A stretch of DNA of 64,000 nucleotides from Candidatus Poribacteria bacterium (GCA_009839745.1 VXPE01000108.1:8121-72120), one strand, 5' to 3'; shown: positions 8,857 through 19,241, counted from the stretch's first letter. Notes: generated from the sequence alone by a model not told the origin. A program made the numbers and translations.

Positions 8857-10179
8857 ATGCTGAAGCGAATCAGAATTCAAGGGTATAAATCACTCGTGGA
8901 TCTTGAGTTAAATCTCAAACCTCTTTCCGTGCTCGTTGGTCCTAACGCTTCGGGAAAAAGCAATTTCCTTGATGCCCTGCAACTTCTGTCCCGGATAACG
9001 ACCTCCCAAACCTTGGAAGAAGCATTTGACCCGCCATATCGAGGACATCCGTTGGAATCGTTTACTTTTAGGGACGAGGGCATCAAGAGTCTTCTGGAAA
9101 AAGAAAGTGTGTCCTTTACTGTAGAGGTAGATGTCCAGCTTTCTGCTGCTGTTATTGACAGTGTCAATCGGCGTATTCAGGAAATAAGGGAAACAGCAGC
9201 GAAAAATACACAAAGTGTAGATAAATCTACTTCAGACCGACTGCCCCCCGTGCGCGAGGAGGACCTGCGGTATCGGATTGAGATTGAAATGCTCCCAAAG
9301 CAAGGAATTCTACGCGTGGCGGATGAACATCTCACAGCATTAACCGACGAGGGACGACCAAAACAGAACAGGAAGCCTTTCTTAGAGCGAATGGAAAATC
9401 GATTGCATCTACGGATGGAGGGGCAGGCACATCCCCTCTACTATGAACGCTATCTTGACTACAGCATTCTTTCGAGATCACACTATCCACCGCACTATCC
9501 GCATTTGATTGCCATGCAGCGAGAGTTGGCAAACTGGCTTACCTTCTACCTTGAGCCGAGAGAACAAATGCGACTCCCAAACCCAATCAAGGCGGTTTAC
9601 GATATCGGATCGATGGGGGAGGACCTCGCAGCCTTTCTCAATACCTTGCAAACTCGTAATAAGCAACAATTTCAATCCGTCGAGAAATCGCTTCGGACGA
9701 TGATTCCATCTATAACGGGAATTGATGTTAGTGTTAACGAATTAGGCGAGGTCGAATTGGATCTTCGTGAAGGTGAAAAGCGCATTTCTGCCCGCGTCCT
9801 GTCGGAAGGCACACTCCGAATTTTAGGACTCTTAGCACTTGTTAGTGCTGAGGCACCTCCTACATTGATAGGATTTGAGGAACCAGAGAACGGCGTTCAT
9901 CCTCGTAGAATTCAGCGTATCGCCGAGTTTTTGGAAACCCGTATGCGTCTTGAAGATGTCCAATTTATTGTGACAACGCATTCATCGCTTCTGCCCGATC
10001 TCGTTCCCGCTGAATCTTTATATGTTTGTCGCAAGGTCAACAGGAATACAGAAATTGAGCCTTTCAATATGATGCATGTGGGTCCCCTATGGAAAAAGTC
10101 AGAGATTGAGGTAGCATTAGACGATGAAGATGCCTTATCCCCTTCCGAGCGTATCTTGAGAGGGGACTTTGATGCATAA
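8857..10179 (+). CDS. ABC/AAA_15-21-type ATPase of the kind paired with small Toprim/OLD-like partners
   Basis: MLKRIRIQGYKSL...LVGPNASGKSNFLDAL (Walker A), LSEGTLRILGLLAL (signature-like), LIGFEEPENGVHP (Walker B) and VTTHS (H-loop). Confidence 0.7.
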   Translation: MLKRIRIQGYKSLVDLELNLKPLSVLVGPNASGKSNFLDALQLLSRITTSQTLEEAFDPPYRGHPLESFTFRDEGIKSLLEKESVSFTVEVDVQLSAAVIDSVNRRIQEIRETAAKNTQSVDKSTSDRLPPVREEDLRYRIEIEMLPKQGILRVADEHLTALTDEGRPKQNRKPFLERMENRLHLRMEGQAHPLYYERYLDYSILSRSHYPPHYPHLIAMQRELANWLTFYLEPREQMRLPNPIKAVYDIGSMGEDLAAFLNTLQTRNKQQFQSVEKSLRTMIPSITGIDVSVNELGEVELDLREGEKRISARVLSEGTLRILGLLALVSAEAPPTLIGFEEPENGVHPRRIQRIAEFLETRMRLEDVQFIVTTHSSLLPDLVPAESLYVCRKVNRNTEIEPFNMMHVGPLWKKSEIEVALDDEDALSPSERILRGDFDA

Positions 10180-10225
10180 TATCAGTTTATTCGTTGAAGA
10201 TATCCACCCACGCGATTTTTTTTAG
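10172..10225 (+). pseudogene. 17-codon remnant of the ATPase partner gene (Toprim/DUF4276-like N-terminus)
   Basis: ATG overlaps the ATPase stop (GATGCATAA). It reads MHNISLFVEDIHPRDFF-stop. The hydrophobic strand plus VE[DG] resembles the first Toprim motif. It stops 20 nt before the convergent ggt end. Confidence 0.35.
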
Positions 10226-10244
10226 GAACAGCAGGGCATCATTT

Positions 10245-11861
10245 TTATCCTAAGCCTGCCGCGTGTCGTCCAGCAGCTGGGTCACCAGCAGCGTAGCAGG
10301 TTCCACTATCTGTGTCGATATGGATCATGGAAGGCGCGGCAATGGCACCTCTGTGTGCTCTAACTTGATGGCCGCGACCGGCAAGCTCCTCTCGAACACC
10401 CTCACTCACACTATCGTTGATCGTTAACGAACCCGCTTGCCCGAACGTCTCTACACGGTTCGGATTCGGATCGAACGAATCTTCGTGATGCGCAGTGGCA
10501 AAACGCGGTGCTGTGACAGCCGCTTCGGGTTGCATACCAAACTCAACGAAATTGAGCAGTAAATTTATCGTCGCTTGATCCTGTAGATCCCCACCGGCAA
10601 CGCTTATCGCTAAAATCGGGGTACCCTCTTTGAGAACGAGTGTCGGTGTTAGCGTGATTCTCGGACGCTTTCCGGGCTGGATACAATTCGGATGTCCAGG
10701 CGTTGTATTGAGGCTACGCAAACGGTTGCCGTAACTGACACCCGTCGGTCCGACCATGCCGCCTGCGTGATAGACGTTGGCACTCGGTGTCGCAGCGACG
10801 ACATTCCCCCATCGGTCAGCAACCGCACAGGTCGTCGTTCCCCCCACTCCGGGTCGAAAGACACCACCTGCCTTTAGGGGTTCCATATTATCCACATCAC
10901 CGGGTCTCGCCTCGTGTGAGGCTTTCTGCATATCAATGAGCGGTCGGCGAATTTCGGTATAGGCATCCGAAAGCAATGCGGCCATTGGAACATCAACAAA
11001 TTCTGGGTCGCCATAATACGCGTCGCGGTCCGCCATCGCCAATTTAAGTGCCTCCGTAACCACATGCACATAGTCGGTCGAGGCATTACCCATCGCTTTG
11101 AGATCGAAACCTTCCAATAAACGCAACGCTTGACAGAGATAGGGACCCTGCGTCCAAGGACCGCACTTGTATACCCTATACCCGCGATAATCAACTGCTA
11201 CAGGGGCCTCAATAAGCGTAACATGCGCAGCGAGGTCTGTCTTACGGAGGAACCCGCCCTTGTCAATGTAAAAACCTTCTAATGCATCGGCAATGTCGGT
11301 ATCAGCACCGTTTCGTCCGTAGAAACGATCGCTTGCCGCTTGGATTTTGTCCTCACGGCTCCCAGATGTCTTCTGTTCCGATTCAACCATCCGACGCAGG
11401 GTGACCGCCAAATCAGGGTGCCAATCTGCCTCACCAGCATCAAGGAGTGCCAATGTAGGTGCGACGATCTCCTCAAACGTTTTGGTCCCGTAAAGTTTGA
11501 GTGTCGTTGTGCAGAGGTCCACAACCGACGGGACGGGTGCCATTTTGATGTCGCCGTTTGGAATCCCGTTTTCCATGTACCAATCGATGGCAGTCTGTGA
11601 AAGCGGTGCACGTCCTTGCCCGGAGAGCGATTTCACTTCCTGTTTTTCCGAGTCAAAGATAAGGAGTGGCACCTCACCCCCAATAGAACAGGCACCGTGG
11701 TCGGTGACATTGAGTGCAAGAATCGTTCCCGCCGCTGCGTCTGCCGCATTGCCATCCGCTTCCAGAATCTCGATCCCCGCGGCAACCGCTTTCGCACCCC
11801 CCGCGGCAACGACCCCGGTTTTACTAACAGCGTTCCAACCAATTTCTTGAGTGTTCGGCAT
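10245..11861 (-). CDS. ggt: Gamma-glutamyltransferase family protein
   Basis: 538 aa. Autoprocessing/catalytic GGTTTCAVADRWGNVVAATPS and N-terminal AAGG...GNAADAA pattern. Confidence 0.8.
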   Translation of the reverse strand: MPNTQEIGWNAVSKTGVVAAGGAKAVAAGIEILEADGNAADAAAGTILALNVTDHGACSIGGEVPLLIFDSEKQEVKSLSGQGRAPLSQTAIDWYMENGIPNGDIKMAPVPSVVDLCTTTLKLYGTKTFEEIVAPTLALLDAGEADWHPDLAVTLRRMVESEQKTSGSREDKIQAASDRFYGRNGADTDIADALEGFYIDKGGFLRKTDLAAHVTLIEAPVAVDYRGYRVYKCGPWTQGPYLCQALRLLEGFDLKAMGNASTDYVHVVTEALKLAMADRDAYYGDPEFVDVPMAALLSDAYTEIRRPLIDMQKASHEARPGDVDNMEPLKAGGVFRPGVGGTTTCAVADRWGNVVAATPSANVYHAGGMVGPTGVSYGNRLRSLNTTPGHPNCIQPGKRPRITLTPTLVLKEGTPILAISVAGGDLQDQATINLLLNFVEFGMQPEAAVTAPRFATAHHEDSFDPNPNRVETFGQAGSLTINDSVSEGVREELAGRGHQVRAHRGAIAAPSMIHIDTDSGTCYAAGDPAAGRHAAGLG

Positions 11862-12092
11862 CGGTTTCTCCTTTGCTTAAGTGTCAGAGATAGTTCTGAT
11901 TTCCTTCTTTGCATGAGAGCATAGCATAAACTTCCATCTTATGCAATGCCTAACATCAAAGAACCATTCAACTCTCCTGATCGCGATACCGAGCACTACA
12001 CTTGAATAGTGAGCAGAATTAGGATAAAATACTAATAGGTAATTCTAAAATCAACCAGAGTCAGTAAAAAACGTTAGAGGCAATAGAAAACG

Positions 12093-12641
12093 ATGATCGA
12101 AATACAATCTCACAACCATGCAAGCGAACTTATTTCACTTTCTGGTGCCTATCTGGAACAGAATGAGAGTGAAAATAATTTGCCGATCGGTTTGGCTTAT
12201 AGGCTCGCTGAGGACCCATACTATTACGGATCCGAATTGCCGCTGCTATTGAGTATTTTGGAGCATGGAAGAGTCGTTGGCGTTTCACTCATGACACCCC
12301 CTAAGAGAATCATCTTAAGCAGAATTAACGCGAACATCCAAACCGCTATCGTTCATCTTGTAGATCACCTCCGTGAAATTGACATCCAGATACCGGGAGT
12401 CGTTGGACCGGAGACAGAAGCCCAAGTCTTTTCTGAGTGTTGGGTTGAAGGCATGCTCGATGTATCAGCCAGCATAGACAAGCGAATGCGTGTATTTGAG
12501 GCGAGAGGCGTCACAAATCTACCACTTTCACCTTTAGCCAATCCAACTTCTAACAGCATCTACATCAAAATCGGTTATGTGCCAATCGGAGATGCGTTGG
12601 TTTTTGATTTTGTGTTCTCAGATGGACACAATACTGCCTAA
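12093..12641 (+). CDS. GNAT-like acetyltransferase family protein (uncertain, possibly shortened)
   Basis: Its N-terminus MIEIQSHNHASELISLSGAYLEQNESENNLPIG recurs as a fragment at 16902. The assignment is by recollection only. Confidence 0.35.
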   Translation: MIEIQSHNHASELISLSGAYLEQNESENNLPIGLAYRLAEDPYYYGSELPLLLSILEHGRVVGVSLMTPPKRIILSRINANIQTAIVHLVDHLREIDIQIPGVVGPETEAQVFSECWVEGMLDVSASIDKRMRVFEARGVTNLPLSPLANPTSNSIYIKIGYVPIGDALVFDFVFSDGHNTA

Positions 12642-12716
12642 CCCTCTATCTTCAGTTGTGGTCCAAGATAACCTTCGCCAAACCAAAACGTAGACACCAC
12701 TTTAGCAGGAGAAAAT

Positions 12717-13781
12717 ATGGCTGAATACAAGATTGCGGTAATTCGAGGAGACGGCATTGGAATTGAAGTGATGGAAGAAGGACTCAAGGTCCTCAACACC
12801 ATCGCCGACAGGTATAACATCAAATGGGACTTTGTGGAGTTCCCTTGGGGCTCAGACTACTATTTCAAGCATGGGCACATGATGCCAGTCGATGCACTTG
12901 ACACCTTGGCGACGTTCGACCAGATTTACCTCGGGGCAGTCGGACATCCTGATATCCAAGATCACGTGACGCTCAATGGGCTTTTGTTGCCGATCCGACG
13001 TAGATTCGATCAATACGTCTGTGAGCGACCGAGTGTCCTCTATCCCGGCATTAACACACCCCTCAAGGGTAAAGGTGCCTGGGATATTGATTTAGTGGTG
13101 ATACGAGAGAACACAGAAGGGGAGTATGCCAACGTCGGTGGGTTCCAGTACCAAGGGTTTCCCGAAGAGGTCGGTGTGCAGGTTGGCGTATTTACGCGTC
13201 ACGGCTGCGAGCGCATTATTACTTATGCCTTCGAGCAGGCTCGGGCACGAGACAAAAAATGCAAAGTCACTTCGGTCACCAAGTCGAACGCCCAAGGTTA
13301 CGGCATGATTGTCTGGGACAAAGCCTTTGAGCGAGTGGCTGCAAAGTATCCCGACATAGAGACAGAATCGTTGCTTGTGGACGCGGCATGCATGGATTTC
13401 GTGCGGAGACCCGAGGACTTTGATGTCGTCGTCGCCAGTAATTTGTTTGGGGACATTCTCACGGACATCGGCGCGATTATCACCGGAAGCATGGGGTTGG
13501 CTCCGAGCGGCAATATCGACCCGCAACGCCGATTCCCGTCGATGTTCGAACCGGTTCACGGGAGTGCCCCCGACATCATGGGAATGGGCATCGCGAATCC
13601 GCTGGCGGCAATTATCTCTGGTTCGATGATGTTGCGTTTCATGGGTGAGGGGAAAGCGGCAGAAACAATAGATGCAGCCGTCCTAAAGGTCGTCGAAGAA
13701 GGGAAAATCCTCCCACCGGACCTTGACGGTCAAGCCACGACCTCACAGGTCGGCGACGCTGTAGTGAATGCGCTCGGCTAA
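12717..13781 (+). CDS. Tartrate dehydrogenase/decarboxylase-type isocitrate/isopropylmalate dehydrogenase family enzyme
   Basis: YKIAVIRGDGIGIEV..., NLFGDILTD motif, 354 aa. Confidence 0.75.
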   Translation: MAEYKIAVIRGDGIGIEVMEEGLKVLNTIADRYNIKWDFVEFPWGSDYYFKHGHMMPVDALDTLATFDQIYLGAVGHPDIQDHVTLNGLLLPIRRRFDQYVCERPSVLYPGINTPLKGKGAWDIDLVVIRENTEGEYANVGGFQYQGFPEEVGVQVGVFTRHGCERIITYAFEQARARDKKCKVTSVTKSNAQGYGMIVWDKAFERVAAKYPDIETESLLVDAACMDFVRRPEDFDVVVASNLFGDILTDIGAIITGSMGLAPSGNIDPQRRFPSMFEPVHGSAPDIMGMGIANPLAAIISGSMMLRFMGEGKAAETIDAAVLKVVEEGKILPPDLDGQATTSQVGDAVVNALG

Positions 13782-13881
13782 GGTTTGAAACCTCGCCAGC
13801 AGTTTACAGGGCGCGTCACAATTTTACGTCCGTCCTATAGCAAACATTGAATCAAACCGTCGTATCATCTAAGAGGAGCTG

Positions 13882-14880
13882 ATGAAAGAACAAGACTCTT
13901 CGCAATTCAATCCTAAAAACTATGCGTTACCGCTGAAGGGACACGTATACTGTAAAGTTTTATTTAATGAAGTCTTTCTACCCGTTTTAAAAAAACGCTT
14001 TCCAGATGTCCTTCCCCGCCTTAGTGCTGGAATCATCGGATTAGGATCCGATGTTCTTGGTGCCGATGACGAGCTGTCACGCGATCACGACTGGGGACCC
14101 AGTAAGTGCCAACTCCTGCTGCCGGAAGAGGATATCGCCGAGTATGGCTCTTCTATTTCTCAAGCTCTGGAGGCGGCTATCCCAGATGCGTTCTTAGGAA
14201 TTGACACGACCAAATTGGAACCGAAGACCATACGGATAAACACCATCGACGCAGTCTATCATGATTTTCACGAATCTGCCTATCCACCTGTGACGATCGA
14301 GGAATGGGCTGCCGCCGATGATAACAACCTCTGCTATGCGTCGTCAGGTTTTGTTCTCTACGACCCGTCCAATGCCCTTAGCGAACGCATATCCGCTTTT
14401 CAAAAGGCGTACTACCCGGTAGACATCTGGAAGTGGAAGATCGCGAGTGATCTCTGGGGACTTTGGCACAATGGCGACTACAACTCGTGCTATCGTTTAG
14501 CGAAACGTGGAGATGGTATAGGTTTACTCATCGGCCAGGGTGCTTTTGTGGAAGGCACTCTCAGACTCCTGTGTCTGCTCAATAAACGCTTTCCCGTATA
14601 CTGGAAATGGCTACACTGGCAGGCACAAAGCCTTCTGAAATGGATGGACAGGATAGAACCCTCTCTCAAGAAACTCGAATCGGCAAACAATCATGAAACG
14701 CGCAGCGAGATCATCCACACGATATGTCAATCAATTCGGGAAATCCTTTACAAGATGGATTTACTTCCCGATACAGAATGGCGCAATTACATGGGGAGCG
14801 AAGAGATTGCTCTGCAAATCGAATCGACGCAGGTGAAGGCGTTGATTCGGGAAAAAGAACCCCATTTGTATGTGTGGTAA
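13882..14880 (+). CDS. DUF4037-like protein
   Basis: GLGSDVLGADDELSRDHDWGP matches my recollection of the DUF4037 core. Confidence 0.4.
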   Translation: MKEQDSSQFNPKNYALPLKGHVYCKVLFNEVFLPVLKKRFPDVLPRLSAGIIGLGSDVLGADDELSRDHDWGPSKCQLLLPEEDIAEYGSSISQALEAAIPDAFLGIDTTKLEPKTIRINTIDAVYHDFHESAYPPVTIEEWAAADDNNLCYASSGFVLYDPSNALSERISAFQKAYYPVDIWKWKIASDLWGLWHNGDYNSCYRLAKRGDGIGLLIGQGAFVEGTLRLLCLLNKRFPVYWKWLHWQAQSLLKWMDRIEPSLKKLESANNHETRSEIIHTICQSIREILYKMDLLPDTEWRNYMGSEEIALQIESTQVKALIREKEPHLYVW

Positions 14881-14905
14881 TTAACCTAACACACGGAGAA
14901 TAGAT

Positions 14906-15592
14906 ATGACATTCATTTCAATTCATGACGCAGCAGCCAACGGGGATCTCGATACCCTAAAGAAAATCGTTGAACAGTACCCTCATCTGGTCAACCAAGA
15001 CGACAGATACGCATGGTGTCCTATATTTCATGCCGGATTAAGACGGCACTACGATGTTGTTAAATATCTCATAGACTGTGGTGCCGATTTGGCAGCCCAT
15101 GATGGCTATGCCATTCACTATGCTGGCGAAGTGCCAGACAATAAAGAAGTCGTATCACTACTCATTACGTATGGGGGGTTAGATGCACATGCCAAACCCT
15201 CGAGCGAAATTGCACGTCAGTTTATATACGCCGTTTTCTTAGCCAATGTGTCGCGAGTTAACGCAATGCTCCGAGACACCCCAAAGTTAGTGCAGGAGCG
15301 TTACGCCCGTGGCGATACAGCCTTGCATCATGCGACTCGAAACGGGGACCTGGAAATTGTAGAACAATTGGTCGGCAGTGGTGCGGATGTCAATCTAATA
15401 TCAGATCACGGGCATTTTCCCCTCTACTGCGCAGCCGGTCATGGACATGTAGAAACGACGCAATATCTCGTAGAACACGGTGCCGATTTACACGCCAGAC
15501 TCGGGGACGGCAAAACGGTCGTTGAGTGGCTAAAACAATATGCCGATCAAGATCGTCGCTTAAAATCTTGTCTGGATGTATTGGAGAGTTGA
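14906..15592 (+). CDS. Ankyrin repeat protein
   Basis: Repeated G-D/T-ALHHA..NG..E.V..L...GADVN units, for example TALHHATRNGDLEIVEQLVGSGADVN. Confidence 0.85.
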   Translation: MTFISIHDAAANGDLDTLKKIVEQYPHLVNQDDRYAWCPIFHAGLRRHYDVVKYLIDCGADLAAHDGYAIHYAGEVPDNKEVVSLLITYGGLDAHAKPSSEIARQFIYAVFLANVSRVNAMLRDTPKLVQERYARGDTALHHATRNGDLEIVEQLVGSGADVNLISDHGHFPLYCAAGHGHVETTQYLVEHGADLHARLGDGKTVVEWLKQYADQDRRLKSCLDVLES

Positions 15593-15688
15593 TGTCTCAA
15601 AGACTACACGACGATCGCATCAAGGGTATGTTTTCATGTAAATCCACAAATAATATGAAAAAAATTATCAACCTAACGGAGCAGTGAC

Positions 15689-16360
15689 TTGAAAGCAGTC
15701 TTCTTTGATTTATTTGAAACGCTTATCACCGAAAAAACGAGAAAAGATTTCCAAGCACGGGCTCCGTTTCATGAGCGACTGGGCACGACCGAAGATAAAT
15801 CTTCGCTTTGGTGGGAGGAGAACGGTGATGCCGCGATGATGGGAAAATTCCCTGATTGTCTGGCGCACTTCACCGATCTTTGCATAGCCACCGAGTCGCC
15901 ACTCACGAAAAATGAGATTATAACGGCTGCCCAAGAGCATGAGGTATGGAAATCAAAAGTCTTGCGTCGTGTTGAGCCTGAGATATTTGAAATGTTGCGC
16001 GCAGTCCGGGCGCGTGGACTGAAAGTGGGACTTATCAGCAATGCCTTACCAGAAGAGGTCCTCGCCTGGCGATTTTGCCCACTCCAAGATCATGTAGATC
16101 CTGTCGTATTTTCCTGCAGTGTCGGCGTAATGAAACCCGATAGGAAGATATTCGAGCTGGCTTGCTCACGGATGTGTGTTCAACCTTCTGAAGCCTATTT
16201 TGTTGGCGATGGCGGTTACGATGAACTACAGGGTGCGGCATCTGTCGGTATGAAGACGATTCAGGCAGCGTGGTACCAGGATCGAGATGTGAAATTGTCC
16301 GGCACATCTCCTTTAGTACGGGCAAACTCGATAAAAGACCTTCCCGAACTACTGTGTTAA
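15689..16360 (+). CDS. HAD-superfamily hydrolase
   Basis: TTG start. Motif I VFFDLFETLI, then LISNA and FVGDGGYDEL (motifs III/IV). Confidence 0.7.
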   Translation: MKAVFFDLFETLITEKTRKDFQARAPFHERLGTTEDKSSLWWEENGDAAMMGKFPDCLAHFTDLCIATESPLTKNEIITAAQEHEVWKSKVLRRVEPEIFEMLRAVRARGLKVGLISNALPEEVLAWRFCPLQDHVDPVVFSCSVGVMKPDRKIFELACSRMCVQPSEAYFVGDGGYDELQGAASVGMKTIQAAWYQDRDVKLSGTSPLVRANSIKDLPELLC

Positions 16361-16420
16361 ATCAAGATGTAGACAAGGAATAATATAGATACTCTTTGAC
16401 CTTGGAAAGGAAAAGCTCCA

Positions 16421-16894
16421 ATGAAGGTACAGATCGCCACACGCGCCGATATTCCGGGTTGGCTTGAATTAGCATCGCAGGTTGAGTTTCTCTTCGGACC
16501 GATGGTTGACCAGCCTGATTTTCATCGCGCACTCCGCAAAAACATAGATCGGAAGAGTGCCTACTGTGTTCGAGAACAAGATCGGTCAGCCGGAGCCCCG
16601 TTGATAGGAGGTTTGTTTCTGTCCTTCAGAGAACACCATATCAACTGGTTATCTGTGGACCAGCAATGGCGTCGCAGGGGTGTCGGTACGGTTCTCTTAG
16701 AGCATGTATTTGGTTTGATCAAACCACCTGCTGAGTTATTTGTCACGACCTTCGGAGAGGATAATCCGGAAGGTCAGCCAGCACGTCAATTCTATAAGAA
16801 GATGGGCTTTGAACCCTTTGCAGAGGCACCTTCAGGACCGGAAGGAGGATCCAGAGAGATCCTTCAAAAATCCTTTCCAACACAACAGACATAG
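16421..16894 (+). CDS. GNAT family N-acetyltransferase
   Basis: QQWRRRGVGTVLLEH acetyl-CoA loop and ...FYKKMGF. Confidence 0.7.
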   Translation: MKVQIATRADIPGWLELASQVEFLFGPMVDQPDFHRALRKNIDRKSAYCVREQDRSAGAPLIGGLFLSFREHHINWLSVDQQWRRRGVGTVLLEHVFGLIKPPAELFVTTFGEDNPEGQPARQFYKKMGFEPFAEAPSGPEGGSREILQKSFPTQQT

Positions 16895-16901
16895 AAAAAC
16901 A

Positions 16902-17060
16902 ATGATTGAAATAATATCTCATACCCATGCAAGAGAACTGATTTCACTTTCGGGGACCTACCTCGAACAGAATGAGAGCGAAAACAACAGATCGAAGCTG
17001 CTGTCCTTCATCTCGTGCGCTACCTCCGTCCAACAGGGGTGGGAGTAAAAGGTGTTAACT
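16902..17060 (+). pseudogene. Decayed paralog fragment of the 12093-12641 gene
   Basis: MIEIISHTHARELISLSGTYLEQNESENN matches the first 29 aa of the 12093 gene. After a deletion and frameshift, IEAAVLHLVRYLRPTGVGVKGV matches IQTAIVHLVDHLREIDIQIPGVVG. Confidence 0.65.
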
Positions 17061-17077
17061 TGTTGACAGTTAGTTCA

Positions 17078-19228
17078 TTATTCCTTATTTTTTTCGGGAA
17101 TACGGAAGCGCGGCTCGCCATCTGTTGATTGAATCGTAAAACCGCTCCAGCCCCACCTGTTATATCTACCTTTTACATGGGTATATACCACTTGCGTTAA
17201 ATGCTCATCTGTAATTGTGATAGTGTAACGGCTATCAATCGTCTCATTTCCTACAGGAATCTGCAACCGCTGAATTTGTTTCTGACCATTCGCGATAAGA
17301 TTCACTTCTAACGGTTCAGATCTATCCTCTTCATCTACTATATTTGCACTGAAATAACATATCACTTCGTAGGTCCCATTAGGAAGCGCGACTCGGAAAA
17401 CGGCATCTTCTTTCCCCAAAATGCTATCTGCATAAGGTTGTGAAACCCCAAATTTGCTTTGTGACGCTTCACGCGCTGACACTGTTAACCAGCCGTATTT
17501 TCCATCAGTGTAAATTGTATCCACATATACAGGAATATGTCCGGGTGCTGTCTGCCCCTCTTCGGGCTGCATGTCAAAGGAGACAACGGTTCCGCCATTC
17601 CACATCTGTGGATCGGGTGGCGTGCGTTTGCGACGGTAGAGTCGATTATAGTCGTTAGCATCGATAAGATCATACTCTTCTTCCAAACCACTAACATCGC
17701 CATATTCTGTCCGCCAGATGATAGCGAAATCCGCAAGATGTTCCTTTTCCTTATACGCTTCCTTATACCGTAGCGGAAAATGGTCTGTATTTGCCTCGTA
17801 GTTATCCAGATAAGCGATCCCTTTATGCACCGCCAACAGACACTCAAGATGACCGAAGGGTTCAACGTATTTCGGTTCAAAACCGAGCGAATCTGAAAAA
17901 CCACCCCATTCCCCCGGTTCACTCGTGAGAATTGTATCCTTTTCGTCCATCCCCTCCAACGAGATAGCATTGGCAATGTCTCGGTTCAACAAGGTATACG
18001 TGTGAACGTTGTAACCGAGATGCCATAAGGATAGAGCAATGATAATCACTCCCGCAGCAACGTTTATATGCCGATGCAAATTGACGGCAAAGAATGGAAT
18101 CAAGATAAGGAATATGTAGAGATGAAACCGGTCATTTATCCAGCCACCGCTGTAGCCAGACCAAGGGGCTATGAAAAACATCACTGTGATAACGACAGAC
18201 ATGATCAGAAACCCGTCCATTTGTGACACAGCACGTGTCCAGAGCCGTTCGCCTGTCTCTTTCCATGCCTCTGATTTATGGAATTTGTAACACTGCCAGA
18301 TTCTGTTGGTGATTGTCAGGACAATAGCGATAGCAAAAAAGATCAGCAGTACACGTCCGATCAGCACATGATCGTCTCGGAAAGAGACCAAGGATTTCAT
18401 GCCAAAGAAGTAGTCGTTTAACCATTCAAAACCCTTATGGTTGCTGTTACCTCCGTGGTTGTTGGAAAGGTAGAAGTAGTAGGAGAACAGGATAAAGTAA
18501 GCAGGTATAAGACTCCCTATGAAAGTCAGTGTCGGTTTGTGCATCCCTATACTTACCTTGAGTCGGTGCATGAGTGGCTGTGATGTCTCCTTATGGCTCC
18601 ATACCCGATGTAACACATCATAAGTCGATAAGAAGAGCGGGAAGAACGTCAATGACATGATAAGCAACGCGTAAGAGTGATAGTGGGTGAGGTAGGTCAC
18701 CAACGACAATACGTATATGACAATGATGTTTGTCAGCCGGAGTTTATCCTTGACTCGCCACCAGTAACCCATTGTGAAGAAAAACAGGGACATACTGAGG
18801 ACAAAGTTGTAGAAACCCATGTGGAGTAGGTAGTTGTAGGCACAAATAAACCCAAGCAGTCCAAACACTATATTCTTTTTCTCGACACGATTGAGGAAAT
18901 AGAAAAGGGACAGCGGTAGGAGACCGATGCAGAGCGTAAGCACTATCTTTTCACAAACGAGCGGTGGAAAAACGTATAACAGGACGACAAGGAGCGCGTG
19001 GGAGGTCCAATTGGGGAAGATCGTGGCGTTCAGTTCGTAGACTTCGCGTAATCGGTAGTTCTCGTGATTGTGGTATTCCTTCACCACGTAGGAATTGTAG
19101 ATATGACTCGCTCCATCTTGCGTCGGGAAATACTTGAAACCCCAGACCGGCAGAAGATGTAGCACCAGCATCACAATAACCGTAATATATCCAATAGAGA
19201 GTTGACGTGCTTTCATTACTTCCATCAC
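17078..19228 (-). CDS. Large polytopic membrane protein (about a dozen predicted TM helices) with a C-terminal beta-sandwich-like soluble domain
   Basis: 716 aa. Hydrophobic segments run throughout the first roughly 420 aa and the last roughly 250 aa form a soluble beta-rich domain. There is a 13-nt gap to the upstream TolB-like gene. Confidence 0.55.
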   Translation of the reverse strand: MMEVMKARQLSIGYITVIVMLVLHLLPVWGFKYFPTQDGASHIYNSYVVKEYHNHENYRLREVYELNATIFPNWTSHALLVVLLYVFPPLVCEKIVLTLCIGLLPLSLFYFLNRVEKKNIVFGLLGFICAYNYLLHMGFYNFVLSMSLFFFTMGYWWRVKDKLRLTNIIVIYVLSLVTYLTHYHSYALLIMSLTFFPLFLSTYDVLHRVWSHKETSQPLMHRLKVSIGMHKPTLTFIGSLIPAYFILFSYYFYLSNNHGGNSNHKGFEWLNDYFFGMKSLVSFRDDHVLIGRVLLIFFAIAIVLTITNRIWQCYKFHKSEAWKETGERLWTRAVSQMDGFLIMSVVITVMFFIAPWSGYSGGWINDRFHLYIFLILIPFFAVNLHRHINVAAGVIIIALSLWHLGYNVHTYTLLNRDIANAISLEGMDEKDTILTSEPGEWGGFSDSLGFEPKYVEPFGHLECLLAVHKGIAYLDNYEANTDHFPLRYKEAYKEKEHLADFAIIWRTEYGDVSGLEEEYDLIDANDYNRLYRRKRTPPDPQMWNGGTVVSFDMQPEEGQTAPGHIPVYVDTIYTDGKYGWLTVSAREASQSKFGVSQPYADSILGKEDAVFRVALPNGTYEVICYFSANIVDEEDRSEPLEVNLIANGQKQIQRLQIPVGNETIDSRYTITITDEHLTQVVYTHVKGRYNRWGWSGFTIQSTDGEPRFRIPEKNKE

Positions 19229-19241
19229 CTCACCAATATAT

